DNA from: Curvularia clavata
Lineage: Eukaryota
Direction: 5' to 3'
Length of the DNA: 64,000 bases
Assembly (NCBI GenBank): GCA_023920165.1
Contig: CP089281.1
Span: 1,612,001 to 1,676,000 of the forward strand
The notes under the pieces were generated by a model. That model made no database searches. It saw nothing but the letters and a program-made list of their open reading frames with translations, and was not told the DNA's origin. Positions 51,187 to 64,000 of this stretch are shown here, one piece after another. Every line of letters begins with the position of its first letter. Position 1 is the stretch's first letter. The translations under genes and the position numbers were made by a program.

Positions 51187-52357
51187 GGGTGGAGTCGGGT
51201 TTGTGTTAGCTGTTTACGAGCGGATGCCGATGCCGCCGCGCGCCATTCGGGCTTGCAAATTACTTTTTGGGTGGTATTAGCAATGGTCAATTCGAGAGAC
51301 TATGCCGCATCTTTTCAAGACCCATGCAGAAGCCAAAAGATTACTAATCGGGGTGGAACGTGTACGTATAGAGTTGTGAAAAGGTTGACAAGTGCTGTGC
51401 ATTAATGTCTGCTTCGGTATAGAACCATTTTAGGAAAGACTCAAAGAGTGCCGTGAGAATACTTGTAAATAATCGAATATGACGCACATCAGGTATGAAG
51501 TGTAGTACATTCAGTGGGGCGGAGTTACTGGGGGCTAGATGCCAGTAGTGATGAGCCGTCAGCGTACACAAGTATTTCCGCCAATATGCCAACGGGTAGT
51601 TAGCGTCACTGCCGTATGATAGACTGTTTTTACTCCAAATATCCGAGGCGCGAGAGAATCAAATCTAAGCAAAAGAGGCCAGTCAAAGAAAGGGGAAAAA
51701 AGGGCCCAAGTGGGCGAGGCGGTCACGAGGAAGGGGTGTTGCTGCAATGTTCCGAGTGTGCTGTCCTTGGCATCAAGATGCTGAATGGTGTGGCCAGCGT
51801 CTAGAAATTGGTCAAATCCCAGCAAAGGAAATGCCAGCAAACAATAAGATGATGTTGCGTGGGGACTATTGCTGAGTAAGACGGGTTGGTAATGATGAGT
51901 GCCACCTGTTACGAGATTAGCGCTGGTTAGTCAGTCTACATCGAACCAGGCCTCCCGATGCCCGGTCATGCCATCTGCGGAAGCTAACCAAAACACATTG
52001 TAGCTTGGGCTTTGGCGCATTTGTCGGAAGTTATCCGTGTCAATGAATTCCCGACTTCAGAGGCAACTTACCTCCTTAGTGCAGCTAGGTACCTACATCC
52101 AGCATCTTGTTGTTTAATCAGTTGTAAGCTATCATCTGCTGCACAACTACAGGCACGGTGGACTTTTCCAGAGGTAATGCATATCAGAGTCGATCAAAGA
52201 TGTTGAGCATAGCACTGTGATGATTAAGCTTCCTTGACCAAAACCCCTGTAGGATATCGCAGGGTGGTCAGATACAGAGCCCATTTGCGCGTGTTCCGAA
52301 GATAATGGAAGACGAGTCGTGTGAATCTATTCCAGCTGTCATTGGCTGTTCAAAATT

Positions 52358-54030
52358 TCAGTCTCTCCAAGCCACCGCCTCTCCTCCAGCGTCCAGTATA
52401 TGCGTCTCAACATCCCGCGCAATGGTCCGAAGACGGTCTTCTACCCATAGCTTCTCCCTTGCAACCACTTCGACCTCGATCTTCTGCATTGTCTGGAGCT
52501 CGTCCAGGATTCCGCGCAAGATGGACATGCATGCATCGACCATGGATGCGATGCTTGAGCCGGGTGTTGGAGGCGCCAGCTTCTCCAGATCGCGCGTGAA
52601 TACAGTCAACTTCCGGATCAGCGCCGCAGCTTCCGCCTTCCATGAATCTCCGAGGCCTTCGATAGTTCCAAGGGCCTTGTCTGACACAGCATTGCCTTGT
52701 CGAGCAGAGCGTATCTCCTGAACCCATGATATCCATTGTTCGAACTCAGCAACGAGCCGTTGGAGACGACCACCTGGCTCGACTAATGATGGAAGCTCAT
52801 GAAGAGGTTCAGAGAGAATTTGGACGTGTTCGACCAGACCTGCCGTTGAGCCAGTGCTCCATTCAAGCAAAGACTGGAGGTTCTTTTGTTCCTGACCAGC
52901 GCGCTCATTTTCTAGCATGACCTGATGTAAGCTGGATACTTCATCAAACTTGGTGTGCAGGGCGCGCTTCGCACTCTGTTCCCAACTCCGGCTAATCTCT
53001 GCAGATGACTGGTGCAGAAGATGAAGTTGCAGCAATTCCGACTGGAGATTGGCGATCTCAGGAGGAAGCGAGTTAGACGCAGGTTGAGGAGCTGGGTTAA
53101 TGAACGTTGAGGTGGGTGCCTTGCCTGCTTTACGGGGCGTAAAATGTTGTTGAAGAGTAGTAAAAGCTGGCCGGCTGGTCTTCTTGGGTTCTTCTACGGC
53201 GGTTTCCTTTCGCCTTGTTTGAGCAGTAGAAGACTCTTCGAGCTTGGACGCTGCAGCGGAAGCAGTTGGTACATCGGACTTGGTTCTAACACTCCCTAGG
53301 CGTGATAATCCTGTCGTCCTTGCCGATGTTCTAGACGTGCTAGGCAGTGTATCTGCAGAAGTGGTACTTGTTTTTGAGCTACGACTCGGTGCTGCTAAAA
53401 GAGATTTTGGACGTTCTGAGGCAGTAGTTGGTTTGGCAATTTCCCGCCGCGCCGTTGATATGGTACTGGTGGACTGTGTACGAGCGTGGCCGCCCAGCGC
53501 TGAGGGCTGAGAAATCTGAGAGGTAGTTCCTGGTTTTCGCAAGGATTGCGAACGGCCTAATCCTATCTTTGAGGCTTCAGCGGGCTTGGTTAACGAGGCG
53601 GGTGGACGCATGGAGCGCGAGCCTGCTTTGTCACCTTGACCAGCCAATTGGGACGAGGGGGTACCATGTTGGTACATTGATCGAGGTCGAAGCTTTCCGG
53701 GCGCTGTACCTGGGGTTTGGCTTTCTTGCACTGACGTTGCAGCATTTGGTGGTAACGGGGCATCGCCTGAGCTGCGGCTCTTGTCTTCCACCTCAGGCTC
53801 AGAAGGCTCCGGTAGTATACTTGAGCGAGTATTGTACCTATGCTGTCCTGGTTGAGGAAGCAAACTGCGAGGCTTTGCCCCCTCAGTATCGCTTTGCAGC
53901 GTATTTGCTGTGCCGACATTCTGTCATTACGTTAGGTCTTACCAGGCCCTAAGGCGAGATGGAAGATTACCCGAGATCGAGACGGCGCGTTGCCGATCCT
54001 TCCTATTTGTGAGACAGGCTTCGAGGTCAT
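52358..54030 (-). CDS. Conserved hypothetical protein: basic S/T/P-rich N-half plus coiled-coil C-half
   Basis: ATG at 54030; a phase-0 intron (gtaatc...cctaac...cag) joins in frame to the 501-aa ORF; RPAFTTLQQHFTP, LQSELLQLHLLH. Confidence 0.8.
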
Positions 54031-54472
54031 GTTAGATGCAGGCAAAGGTCCCTGTTGTGGATGTGGGAGTTAATAGTGTGTCGAATAGGGAACAACCAGA
54101 TGAGACGGTGGAATGTTTACGGGGCCAAAGCTCGGAGCTATGCCCAAAAGGGGAATGGGCTGGGGTTGTTATCGATAGCTGGTAGAGATGACGATAGAGG
54201 CGAAAAGACACGAGTATGAGTAGCAGTGAGCAATATCGTAAATGATTCGTAATCTATTGTACCTAAGCTGACTGTCTGACACAATGCTTACTTCGTGATG
54301 GGGGTTTCCAGCAAAACATGGTGGATTTCCTTTCGCGAAAGCACAATTGCATGCAATTCGTAGTGGGGGTCGCGCACATGCTTATGGCAAGAGGTGACAA
54401 GGAGCCGCCTTTGTCAACATGCAAGCGACCGTAGCACAGAATAAGAAAGGATACTTTGTAAAGTCATGCTGC

Positions 54473-55261
54473 TCACAAGCTACCGCGGCGGGCTGGGAAA
54501 GAGACACCCTCGATAGCAGCGTAGTCCACAAACCAGCTCACGCGCTCGCCGCCCTTGTGATTGACCAGGCCGCACGGCAGCTGCTGTCCTTCCTCGGTAT
54601 CGAATATCTGGCGCATGATGTCCTTTTTTCCTCCACCTGTCGCAACAAAGGCGATCTTGAGTCCGTGTTGCGCAACTGGGAGAGAGATTGTGATGCGCTT
54701 GGGCGGAGGCTTCGGAGAGTCGGAGATGGGGAGAACCCAGGCTTCGGTTTCACGAAGAAGGTCGGAGCCTGGGAACAAGCTGCAGGTGTGCCCGTCGGGT
54801 CCGCAGCCCAGAAGAAGCAGGTCAAAGAGCGGTAGCTTTACGCTGTCGCGCGCGGCAAAGACACCGACGAGCGTCTTTTCGTACTGATCGGCGAGCTCCT
54901 GCACATCATCCAGGTACTTGACGTCGATGGGGTACACCTTGGGTGTGCCAAGTTCTTGTGGTATCTTATCCAGGAGCTCCTCCTTGACCAGTCTGTGGTT
55001 GCTGTCTTCATGGTCGAGGGGCACGGCGCGCTCGTCTGCATAGAAAATCTCCCACTTGTCGAACTGGATCTTTCCCTCGCCATTGGTCTCCTTCAAGAGC
55101 GCTTGCGCGAGCGTCTTGGGCAAGGAGCCGCCAGAGACGGCGACTCGGAAGACATGGTGACGATCAAGCGCGGCGTTTTGGGCCTCGAGGATGTAGGCGC
55201 GCAGGCTCGGAGCGAGCTCGGCAGTAGTCTGGAAGGCGTATAGATTCGGAGGCTTTCCCAT
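54473..55261 (-). CDS. 6-phosphogluconolactonase (SOL/PGL family)
   Basis: ATG at 55261 (MGKPPNLYAF); AVSGGSLP, FYADERAVPLDHEDSN, LLGCGPDGHTCSLFPG, DSPKPPPKRIT. Confidence 0.95.
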   Translation of the reverse strand: MGKPPNLYAFQTTAELAPSLRAYILEAQNAALDRHHVFRVAVSGGSLPKTLAQALLKETNGEGKIQFDKWEIFYADERAVPLDHEDSNHRLVKEELLDKIPQELGTPKVYPIDVKYLDDVQELADQYEKTLVGVFAARDSVKLPLFDLLLLGCGPDGHTCSLFPGSDLLRETEAWVLPISDSPKPPPKRITISLPVAQHGLKIAFVATGGGKKDIMRQIFDTEEGQQLPCGLVNHKGGERVSWFVDYAAIEGVSFPARRGSL

Positions 55262-57707
55262 GGTTGCAGAGGGTATGTATTGGGTTGGTGGAGTGAAGTT
55301 TGCGAACGTGCAGTGGAGGGGTTGGTCTGGTAGTGGGGCTATGTGCCGGTATTTCGTGTAGCGGGCCGGTGACGATAGTGACGTGGGCAGGTGCTGAACG
55401 ACTGATTTCGTCAGTTCTAGAAGCAGCGCAGGAAGAAAGACTAGGTGGACTGACAAAGGCAGACAAGGGAGATGGCTATCGCGATGGATTCCAGATGTGG
55501 TCGGCCCTCAATTCCGATGGCCACTTTGAGCCAGCCGTGCAGCTTTTTTCATGTGGCAGACGTCGCATGGCTTCCTTCCCTGGCCTGGCCTGGCGCGCAC
55601 TGCGCGATTATCGACGACTGTCGCAAGGCGGCATAACAAAACATTGCAGGAATGCTCTGGTGAGAGAGAAGCAGAGACTGCCAGTAGAAATATCGTCTAC
55701 ATAGAGCAAACAGGTGAGCACTGCACATGACCGTCGCCTCGAAGCCACCAATAAACTTGTAGGGAGGAGAGACATTGGGGCCTAGGCCGAGACGCGGTCA
55801 TGTGACGGCCCCGCTATATCAATGTCTATACTGAGCACATTTCATGGAGCGATAGAGGCACAGCGAGTCTTGGTGAACTACAACGAATGCTAAGAAGATT
55901 GTTCTGTGGATGCTATGCTTACGGGTCCTCGGCAGTCATGTGAATTGGAGTCCATGTGGCGGTAGGCTAGAAGTAGAGCGAGATGCTAAGTCCAGCTCGT
56001 TTGCTTGCTTGCTTGCTTATTCACACCTAACAAAGTCTGGGCATACAGTCCATTTATCTACGCTTGGTCCGGCAGGTCCATGCATGGTCGAGCCACCAGA
56101 AACGTATATGCTTGCAGAGTTGCTTTTTCTCACCTGTTGGCCGCAAAAGCAAATGCCTATTGCCGCCGGGGATAAGCCACGTAGCTGGGTGTGGCCTCTG
56201 CTAGACCCCTTTATGTTGCGGAAAGTTTGTGTAGATGCAGGTGATAGCGCGTATACTATTCTGCTAGAGCCGCGTGTCGTTTGTGGCTGGCTAGTAGGAA
56301 AGGAGACGACGAGTTGGGAGTGTGGACAAAGCAATGTCGAGCCTACGTGTTGGCCTTGTGCAACCAATGCACATTGGCGTGGTTTGGAGCCTGGATGCTG
56401 CGGTATTTCGCGTTTGGGCTGGTGTGGATTATCACTCAACAGAGTCATAAGTGCACGGTACATGCAGGTCTAGGCCACGCAATGCACGGTTGAGTCTGTC
56501 GCTGAGGCGTCAGGATGAGGCATATTCTGGCGTGTCTATGCAGCTCCACGTCGACGCGCAAACACAGTGGACGGATACAAACATGGCATTGCGAGACAAG
56601 GTTTCGCGGGGCGGAGTCAGTGGAAACGCAGCAGGTAGATTCGGCGGTGGAACGGATCCGAGGGCGACGTGTTTGGACGAAACGGGCGGACCAGGGTGGT
56701 GGTAGTGTAAGAGATTGAGGCTGTTACAAGACACGCAAGCAGCGGACATTTCAGCAGACGAGGGCCGCGAGCAGGAAGGGTCGGATGCTCGGGTGGTGCT
56801 AGGCTAGTAGTGGTGGCGTGTTGCGAGCAGTTTGCGTAAACGTGACCTAGTGTTCATGGCCGTGCATCTAGACCGCAGCCAGCGAGCGGTTCGGCCCGCC
56901 AAGAAAGCAACACAACAGCGACAGGCTGTAAAAATTGCGGTTGTAAAGTCCGCGGTCACAGCTAGGATCCACGGGCGTGAGCAAACCTACCACATGGGGA
57001 ATGTAACGCACAGGAGGCGAGGGCCTGTGAGAGGGTGTGGAAGAGGGACCGACGGGCGCGGCGAGCAGGCAAAGACGCGCTGGTCCGGAGCAGACGGTTC
57101 ACTTTGAGCGCGTCGGGGTTTCGAGGGTGCGACGGAGGGCTCGGGTCGTCCGGTGTGTACAAGTAGTTTGGGCATGCCGTGGGTTGCTGAGCAACAGGTG
57201 GAGGCTGTGCCGGTGGTGCCAGGCACACGCGTGCCCAGTTGCAGTCATACACAGTCAGCGCGTAAGCAGGCGGTCGTGCGACGGACGGTGGTGCGTTGGG
57301 CTTGGTCCGGGGCGGGACAGCAACAAGCAGCGCTGCTTGGGGTTTCAGGCGGATGGTCGATGGTCGATAGCAATCAGAAGGACGACATGTGTGTGTGTAG
57401 GCGGGGCACAAGCAGGCGAGTGAGGGGCGGGCAGGTGGGCAGGTGGGCAGGTGCAGGCCAGGCAGGGCAGGCGCTAGGCGGGCACGCAAGAGCGAGGGCA
57501 GCCGCGATCGAAAAGGCTACCCTGGGATCGGGCAGTCGCAGGGCGCGGCGTGCTTGGGCAGCCCAGCCACATGTCCGTCGCGGCTGCTCCACCCGGCGAT
57601 CGATGGGTGCGCAGCCAGCGTGCGAGCATATAGTCAACTGCGATCCCCCGTACTGACGGCTGATGCACAACCCCCGTCATTATCCTCTCTCAAGCCCACC
57701 GCAAACC

Positions 57708-58178
57708 ATGACGGCACATCACCACCTAGCCTCTGTCGACCCCTCTACTGCAAACCTCTGCTACTTCAGCATCGTCCCCGCCGTCCACTTCTCCCTCGAG
57801 ACGCCCTCGACCAGCCCCGTCTCCGAGTACCAGGCCTGTACTCCTTCCGACCCCACGCATCCACTGCTGGCCCTCCGTCCGCTGCCGTCCCCGTTCATGT
57901 CGGCTTCGCAAGACGCCTCGCGTCTGCTCCAGCTGCAAACCGACGCCTCCCACCGCCCTGCCCCAGACCCGCTCCAGCCTCAGTCGCGCGCCTCGAGCGC
58001 CTCGTCCAACAGTTCCGACAGCACCACGAGCTCCGCCTACAACAGCGGCTTCAGCTCCCCCTCGACGCTATCCTGCTGTCGCTGCCGCCGCCAATGCCTG
58101 GCAAACATGTATCAAATTGGCACCAACCGCTACTACTGCAGCCACTGCGCTAGGATGACTGGCTACAGCGCTGGCTGA
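57708..58178 (+). CDS. Small S/P-rich protein with C-terminal Cys cluster (CCRCRRQC...YYCSHC), putative zinc-binding
   Basis: Coding-like C-rich third positions; ATG at 57708 in an ACC-ATG context (alternative ATG at 57663); CxxC...CxxC at the C-terminus. Confidence 0.7.
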   Translation: MTAHHHLASVDPSTANLCYFSIVPAVHFSLETPSTSPVSEYQACTPSDPTHPLLALRPLPSPFMSASQDASRLLQLQTDASHRPAPDPLQPQSRASSASSNSSDSTTSSAYNSGFSSPSTLSCCRCRRQCLANMYQIGTNRYYCSHCARMTGYSAG

Positions 58179-61100
58179 AGCTTGTCCCCAACTCGCCCCA
58201 CACTGCTCGTTACATGTACACCCATACGGCTAGCCTAGTGCTCCATTCCGCGTACCCATCAACCACCTGCCTAGCCCGCCTGCTCATTCAGCGCATTTAT
58301 CCGCTGCCATCATGGCCGCACGCATATCCAGCGGCACGAGAACAGCAACACCAGGAAACAGGACCGAGTTATTCATCCCAACTGTCACTAGACCAAGGAG
58401 GAAGCAAGGACGAGAAAACTCAGAGGAAGTCCGAGGGAGAGCAAAAGAAAGGCTCACAGCGCATTTTGGCGCTCAGCAACAACGTCGCACATTGATACTA
58501 GAATACGCAAGCAATTGCCCAAAGACAAACATGTTGCGCGGGAAGGAAAGGACGAAGCTGGCCTTCGCTCCATCCCGCTATCCTAGCCAGCCTGTTTGAT
58601 GTTGAGAGAAATATGATACCCCCCATTGATACTGTACCATACTGTACCATATTGTACCAATACCTTGTTGGAGTCGATACTATTTTTTTCCTCCCAAGCC
58701 ACAAAATGCTGTCTTCATAATTGCATCGTGTTTACCGCGCCAGCCGTCCAGACGTGACATGCCCAGATAGTTGTGCAGTTGATCGGCGGCGCCAGCTGAT
58801 AGGCTAGCTGCATCAAGGCCCAATGTACTATAGTATGTACCTGCCAAGCCGCGCCCCAATGTCGCCCACTCTCATTACTTCTGCACCTCACGCTCGCACC
58901 AACTACCTCACCCTCACATCTACGATCCGATGATCTTCGGAAAGTTCAAAATCCCCGTGCACCACGGGAAAACAACACTAAGCTATCAACTGCCCTAGTG
59001 CGAACTGGCGATCCCCACTCTGCGTCCACCACTCATGTGCTGGATAAACATTGCCGCTCCACGCCTGACGCAACCCAGCTGCACCGCGCCAATGCCATGC
59101 GCGCTCAATATCAAAATGGCCACCTCCACGTCAGCATGAAGACACTCGAACCCTTTCATCGTCCTGCCATTGACCTCTTGCAGCTGCATCACAGCAACAG
59201 CGTACGTGTCTTTGTCCATTTAACAAGACACTAACACCACTCCCTCGTATACATACTACTAAAAATCGGCGATGTTGAATCCTGTCGCCGATCCTGCCGC
59301 CTTCTCCTTCCCCATCCGCCCTCACGTCGAAGCTCAAGTTGTGCTCTAGTCGCAAAAGCGGCAATCACAGTAGAAACACGGTCCGAGCCAGCCAAATGTT
59401 ACATAAAAAGACCTTCGATGGTGGCGCCCACTAACCCTTCTCACGCCCGCATGCACGCAATAGGCCGGACCAGATCGCCCTCCCTAAAAATTGTGGGTAT
59501 GCGAATTGTGCAAATTTCCATTGTAACCCCGATGGCGAAGACCATCGACAAGACCAAAACAGTGGGGTCCCTTACACACTGTTTCATCCTCCGCGGACCA
59601 TCATCACACCTTCTTCGCGTGACAAAGCCAATCTTGCTACACTTTCGGATCCGCCCCTTATCTCTCCAAAACGCACGCATACACACAAACCCTACACGCG
59701 CACTAACACGATGCGTCCAACACACGCGCCTGGCCCAAGCCGGACACTGGGAGATCGCGGCATCGCAAACACTGTACCCCAAAAGGAGAAACATGAACCT
59801 AGTGTTGAATGCTGATGAGATGCACTCCGCACACTATCGTTGGCTGGTCTCTAGCCCCAGATAAACTTCGCAGCCACTAAAGTTTCGCTGGCCTGATTCG
59901 TGTATGCGCAGCAGAAAGAGCCCTTGGTGAGGTTGGCTTCTTTGCTTGCTCAGACACTCGTAAATAAGGTTCTGGTTCTGCTATCGAGATCCTACCATTG
60001 ATCGTCTTGCCCAACCACGCAACCTATGGTACACGTGCGGGGGAAAGAGGGGAAACAGCACCATACCTGTGTGTTTCCAACTAAGATGGATCTTGCGATG
60101 GGTATCCTTTTTTTCTTTTTCTACGGAATTGACTGTCTCTCACGGAGATGCACGGGCATCTTTTCCGTTGTAGGGTGTCAACGATGACTTTGACTCCGAC
60201 ATGTCCTTCGTTCACCAGAGATCGCATCATTGCAGCCTTGATTGACACCTTCGCCTCCCTACACCTAACACCACGCGGCAGTTGCATAAGTCACCCGTCA
60301 GTCTTACTTCTCCAACCCCGTAACCGCTAGTCTTTCCATTGGTGCTAATTGCCGGCAGAGCGTCCGTCACTGACACATCGACGATGTCAGGTAGTCATCG
60401 ACGATCTCCCGTACAGCATGGGTCCTTTCCTTCCCGCTGACCGTGCGTCGCGTGCCGTGCACCCTTCTGAAATCCCATGCACCTGGTGCAATGGTTTGAC
60501 CACGACAATGTGCGATTTTCGGTGGATATGCGGAATCGAGATATGCAGGCATCATGGTGGTAGGCCAAAGGCGATCCCCTTCAACCAGCACAATCCATGT
60601 GTGAGATCTGCGACGGCAGCCAGCAAACGCGCGCCGACGCGCACCACGCTTCATCGGCGATGGAGACAAACATCCCGCCGGCGAGAAAATGAATGCTAAT
60701 CGCCCGTATGTCATTACATTCCTTACCGGCCCTAACCGCTTTTGGTGATACGCAATCCATCTAGCATCAATGCGATGAAGCAAAGTGGAGAGCAAACAAA
60801 AAACCTCTACACCCACTCCGGAACTTTTTTTTCCTTTCTCTCCACTAGCTCCAAGCTTCAAATTTGGTCCGATCGATTTATCCCTAGGGCCTAGCGCCTG
60901 CGCCAAGTTGAGCAGGTGGGCAGCAAGGAAAAATACTAATCACAACGGCATTGCATCTTTGGCCTGTTTTCTTACTCCCTTCTTCCCTGTCAAAAGACCC
61001 ACGAACCTGCTTTTCCCACCCCACAACGGTCCATGGAGGTCTAGGTCCTGCCCCTCTCTTTCTTTTCCCATCGGCCATCGAATATGCATATGCAATCTAC

Positions 61101-63059
61101 CTTTTTCTTCTTGTTCCGTCGCCTCTTCTCCGTTTTTCCCAATTGCCCATTCGGCCCGATATCTACCTAGTATATTCTGCGCGCCGTGCATGCTGTATGT
61201 GTATACAGTTGAGTAGATACACTTATCGTTTCTCTTAGTGTCATTACTGTCGTGATTGTGCGTCATTCTGATCGCTCTTCCATCGCTTTCCATATCCACG
61301 ACATTGTACATCTCCGCACCATGCCACCCAGTCCCATGGTTCGAGGTTCATGTAAACAAAAACTTACAGTGCGGGGTACATCGACCACCTTACTCTAGCC
61401 CACCACGATATCTGTAACCCCCAAAGTCACGCCTTTCCCTAGTGCATTTACATACAGCTTGGCTTGCGCCATCTCCCTCCCTGCATGACATCGCCCATCT
61501 TAGCACCATCGTAAACACACGAAGAAAAAAAATTCTATGGTCCACGAGATGCCAGCGTAAATTTTTTTTCTGCGTGTTGTGCCTGTTCCATTGCTAGCGC
61601 GATCGCGATGACGCATTGGCCGAGGTATATACTGTATCTATATGACATGCATGTGTGCATGTATGCATGTCTAAGTAATGTACATGGGAGTTTTTGGTCC
61701 CATAGTGCTAGGCTGCATTGGTCAGATGTACATGGTATCGGTCGATTGGCGCTGTGATGTAGTGGGGCCGTCCGCGTGATGGGTTGGGTATTGAGAAAGG
61801 TGCCTGTATGGCTGGGGCAGAGGGTGGAGTGAGCAACTTTGTATGTGGAGGAGATGCCTGGGCAGAATAAGTACTGAGTATTGACATACGTGCCTACTCT
61901 GGATATTTGAGATGGAGTTTGGTGGGTAGTATACGTTGCACCAGAGCATTAGTCGTGCAAGCTTGTGACTGTGAAATGCCGCGGTAAATATATGGCAGTG
62001 CAGTGTTGCGGGTACGGTAGCCGGTGGGGATGTGGATACAGTGGGTCTTTTGCACTCGAGCGGATTTGCGTAGGTGGAGGGGAAGGTAGGGGCAGATTGA
62101 AGGAAATGAGGGGAGGGGGTGGTAGATGAGGCTGGAATTGAGAGGCTTGAAAGCACGATGATATGTTTAGCAGAAAGATATCTTCGCAGAAGAAGGAGTG
62201 GGATCAGGGCCGAGCATGGAGCAGGAAAGTATGTGCGAGGATAAACGTATGGGTGGCTGTGCTGTTTGTTCGGTAATTTTGAGGCAAGGCTAGCAGATTC
62301 CTAAGGGACCAATACATTGCTGGCGATGTTGCGAGTACTGGAGGTCTGCGTCTCTGAGCAAGCAGGAACTAAATGATGCGGAGAGAGCACATAGTAGCAA
62401 GATGGGGAAGCGGAGGGCTTCGCTCAAGTCGCCAGATTATGAGTTTGACACTAGAGCTGAAGCTGCGATGCTAGGACCAGTGGGTTTTTGGAACGTATTG
62501 TAGATGTGTTTGGTGGGGGGACTGTCCACATGTAGCTGTTGGGAAAACTTCCTCTCTTGTTGCATACTTTTGCAATAGAATCCACAGCTAATTCATATAG
62601 GTGAATAGAGAAACCAGTTAGTGTGGCTAGATAAAGCAATAGATCTCAAATCCTGGTATTCAACTGACGAACAAAATACCAAAAAGTGGCTGCCCGGCTT
62701 TGCCTGCGACAACCATGTATATGGGACCCGTACCTTGAACATTTCCAAGATCAGTCCCAAAGATCTAAGCTTTGCACAATTTGGCCTGAGAGTTTTAGTC
62801 CAGAGCTTGACACTGTTGATGACTTACGTTGAGGTAACACGAATAGATATCTTACTAATGTAATTGGTGGGGTTTTGTCGCGCTCGTTGCACTGCGTACG
62901 TACAAAAATCTACGGCCGATTGACGGGTAGCATTCACTAAACAAAAAAAATGTCTCGGGTAATGTCTTCTTCAAGCTTGAGCTTTTTTGCCTTGATACTT
63001 GATCGCAGTGTTTCTTTTTCATCTACTCATCTAGAATCCCAGTTTACCACTTGGAGAAA

Positions 63060-64000
63060 ATGACCTCAAAGCTCAATGTAGCTGTAGTTGGCGCAACGGG
63101 AGAAACAGGAGCCTCAATTGTAGATACGCCACTTGACAGCCCTGGGGATTTCGTTCATTATGCTCCCCTTATTCATGATTTTTGAAGTCGTAATAGTTAT
63201 TATTAAAATAGGAAATTTTGATTTTCGTTCAACCAGCCTCAGCCAGTAAACAAGCGGTACTCGCATACGCTCAACAAAGAGTAACTGTGGAGAGTATGGA
63301 ACTTAACGAGGTTACTGATGCTGTTACCTTAACACTTATTGGCATTCGTGTTGTCGTCTGTTATTTGACATTGATTCAGGCCAAGGAAAAAACCGTGATT
63401 ATCGAGGCGTGTAGCGAAGCCAAGGTGGGCGGCAATGTGCCCTGCCTACGGCGTAATACCATTGAGAGAAATGGTAGGTATCACTTCCTACTAGTAGAAG
63501 TTTCTTGTGCGCTGCTTCTGCAAATTCTCTAGCAAAAACTGCGTATCAAAAAGAGCAAAATCTCGGTTTGGTAAAAACGCCTCTACCTCCCATATACTGT
63601 GATTGATATAGGTCAGTGGTGTCAACTAGCTTTGCCAGTGCTTCCTTCTGGAAAGCTTCAAACACATATATTCCCTCCATGAAACTGAAAGATCCCTCTC
63701 GCATTAATAGACAACTGCGACCTCTGAAAGTTTGTTATGGGGATTGTTCCTGATCAAAGGACGTTGAATAAGACGGTTTTCTGCTACAACGAAGTACTGA
63801 CCATGAGTTACATCTGGGACGAACTTGAGAAATTGTCTGGCGAAACGATTCCAAGAATTTATGTGAGCGTCGTTTTGCTTTGTAACCTGCTACATGGCCT
63901 TGGAACCCTTTGCGACAGATTGTTAGATCAGATTTCGAAGCAGGAATTGGAAGAGAAGATTTCTCGGGCTGCAGAAACACTGGCGAGATCTTTCGACGAG
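63060..64000 (+). pseudogene. NmrA/isoflavone-reductase-like oxidoreductase pseudogene (continues beyond the right edge)
   Basis: MTSKLNVAVVGATGETGASIV, KRLYLPYTVIDIGQW, DQRTLNKTVFCYNE, LEKLSGETIPR; in-frame TGA at 63725-63727 and apparent frameshifts near 63440 and 63570. Confidence 0.75.

Noticed and set aside
58995..62863. Numerous 60-180 aa ORFs in the gene-poor region
   Set aside because: They overlap on both strands, lack codon bias and motifs, and look like chance ORFs.

Overview
Intron-containing fungal genomic DNA from a filamentous ascomycete, probably Pleosporales (inferred from gene and transposon style). The left ~17 kb is a secondary-metabolite cluster, all on the minus strand: a highly reducing PKS (KS-AT-DH-cMT-ER0-KR-ACP) fused to a condensation domain that runs off the left edge, two cytochrome P450s and a trans-acting enoyl reductase. 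The C-domain active site reads HSLVLDG instead of HHxxxDG, the hallmark of truncated PKS-C megasynthases (LovB/TwmB type), most of which have no known product; this is the best candidate for an undescribed system. A CGG-N-CCG motif recurs in the cluster promoters. A RIP-degraded pogo/copia chimera (17.3-20.1 kb) bounds the cluster. Next come a putative sulfur-scavenging trio (Seo1/Liz1-like MFS, FMO, TauD dioxygenase), an ENA Na+/K+-ATPase with a dense cluster of PacC sites, and mostly housekeeping genes (PDX1, class I aminotransferase, ADP1, Aim9-like phosphotransferase, 6-phosphogluconolactonase), several hypotheticals, a small Cys-rich gene in a gene-poor stretch and an NmrA-like pseudogene at the right edge. 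Exon boundaries were read by eye and family assignments come from motif recognition, not database searches.
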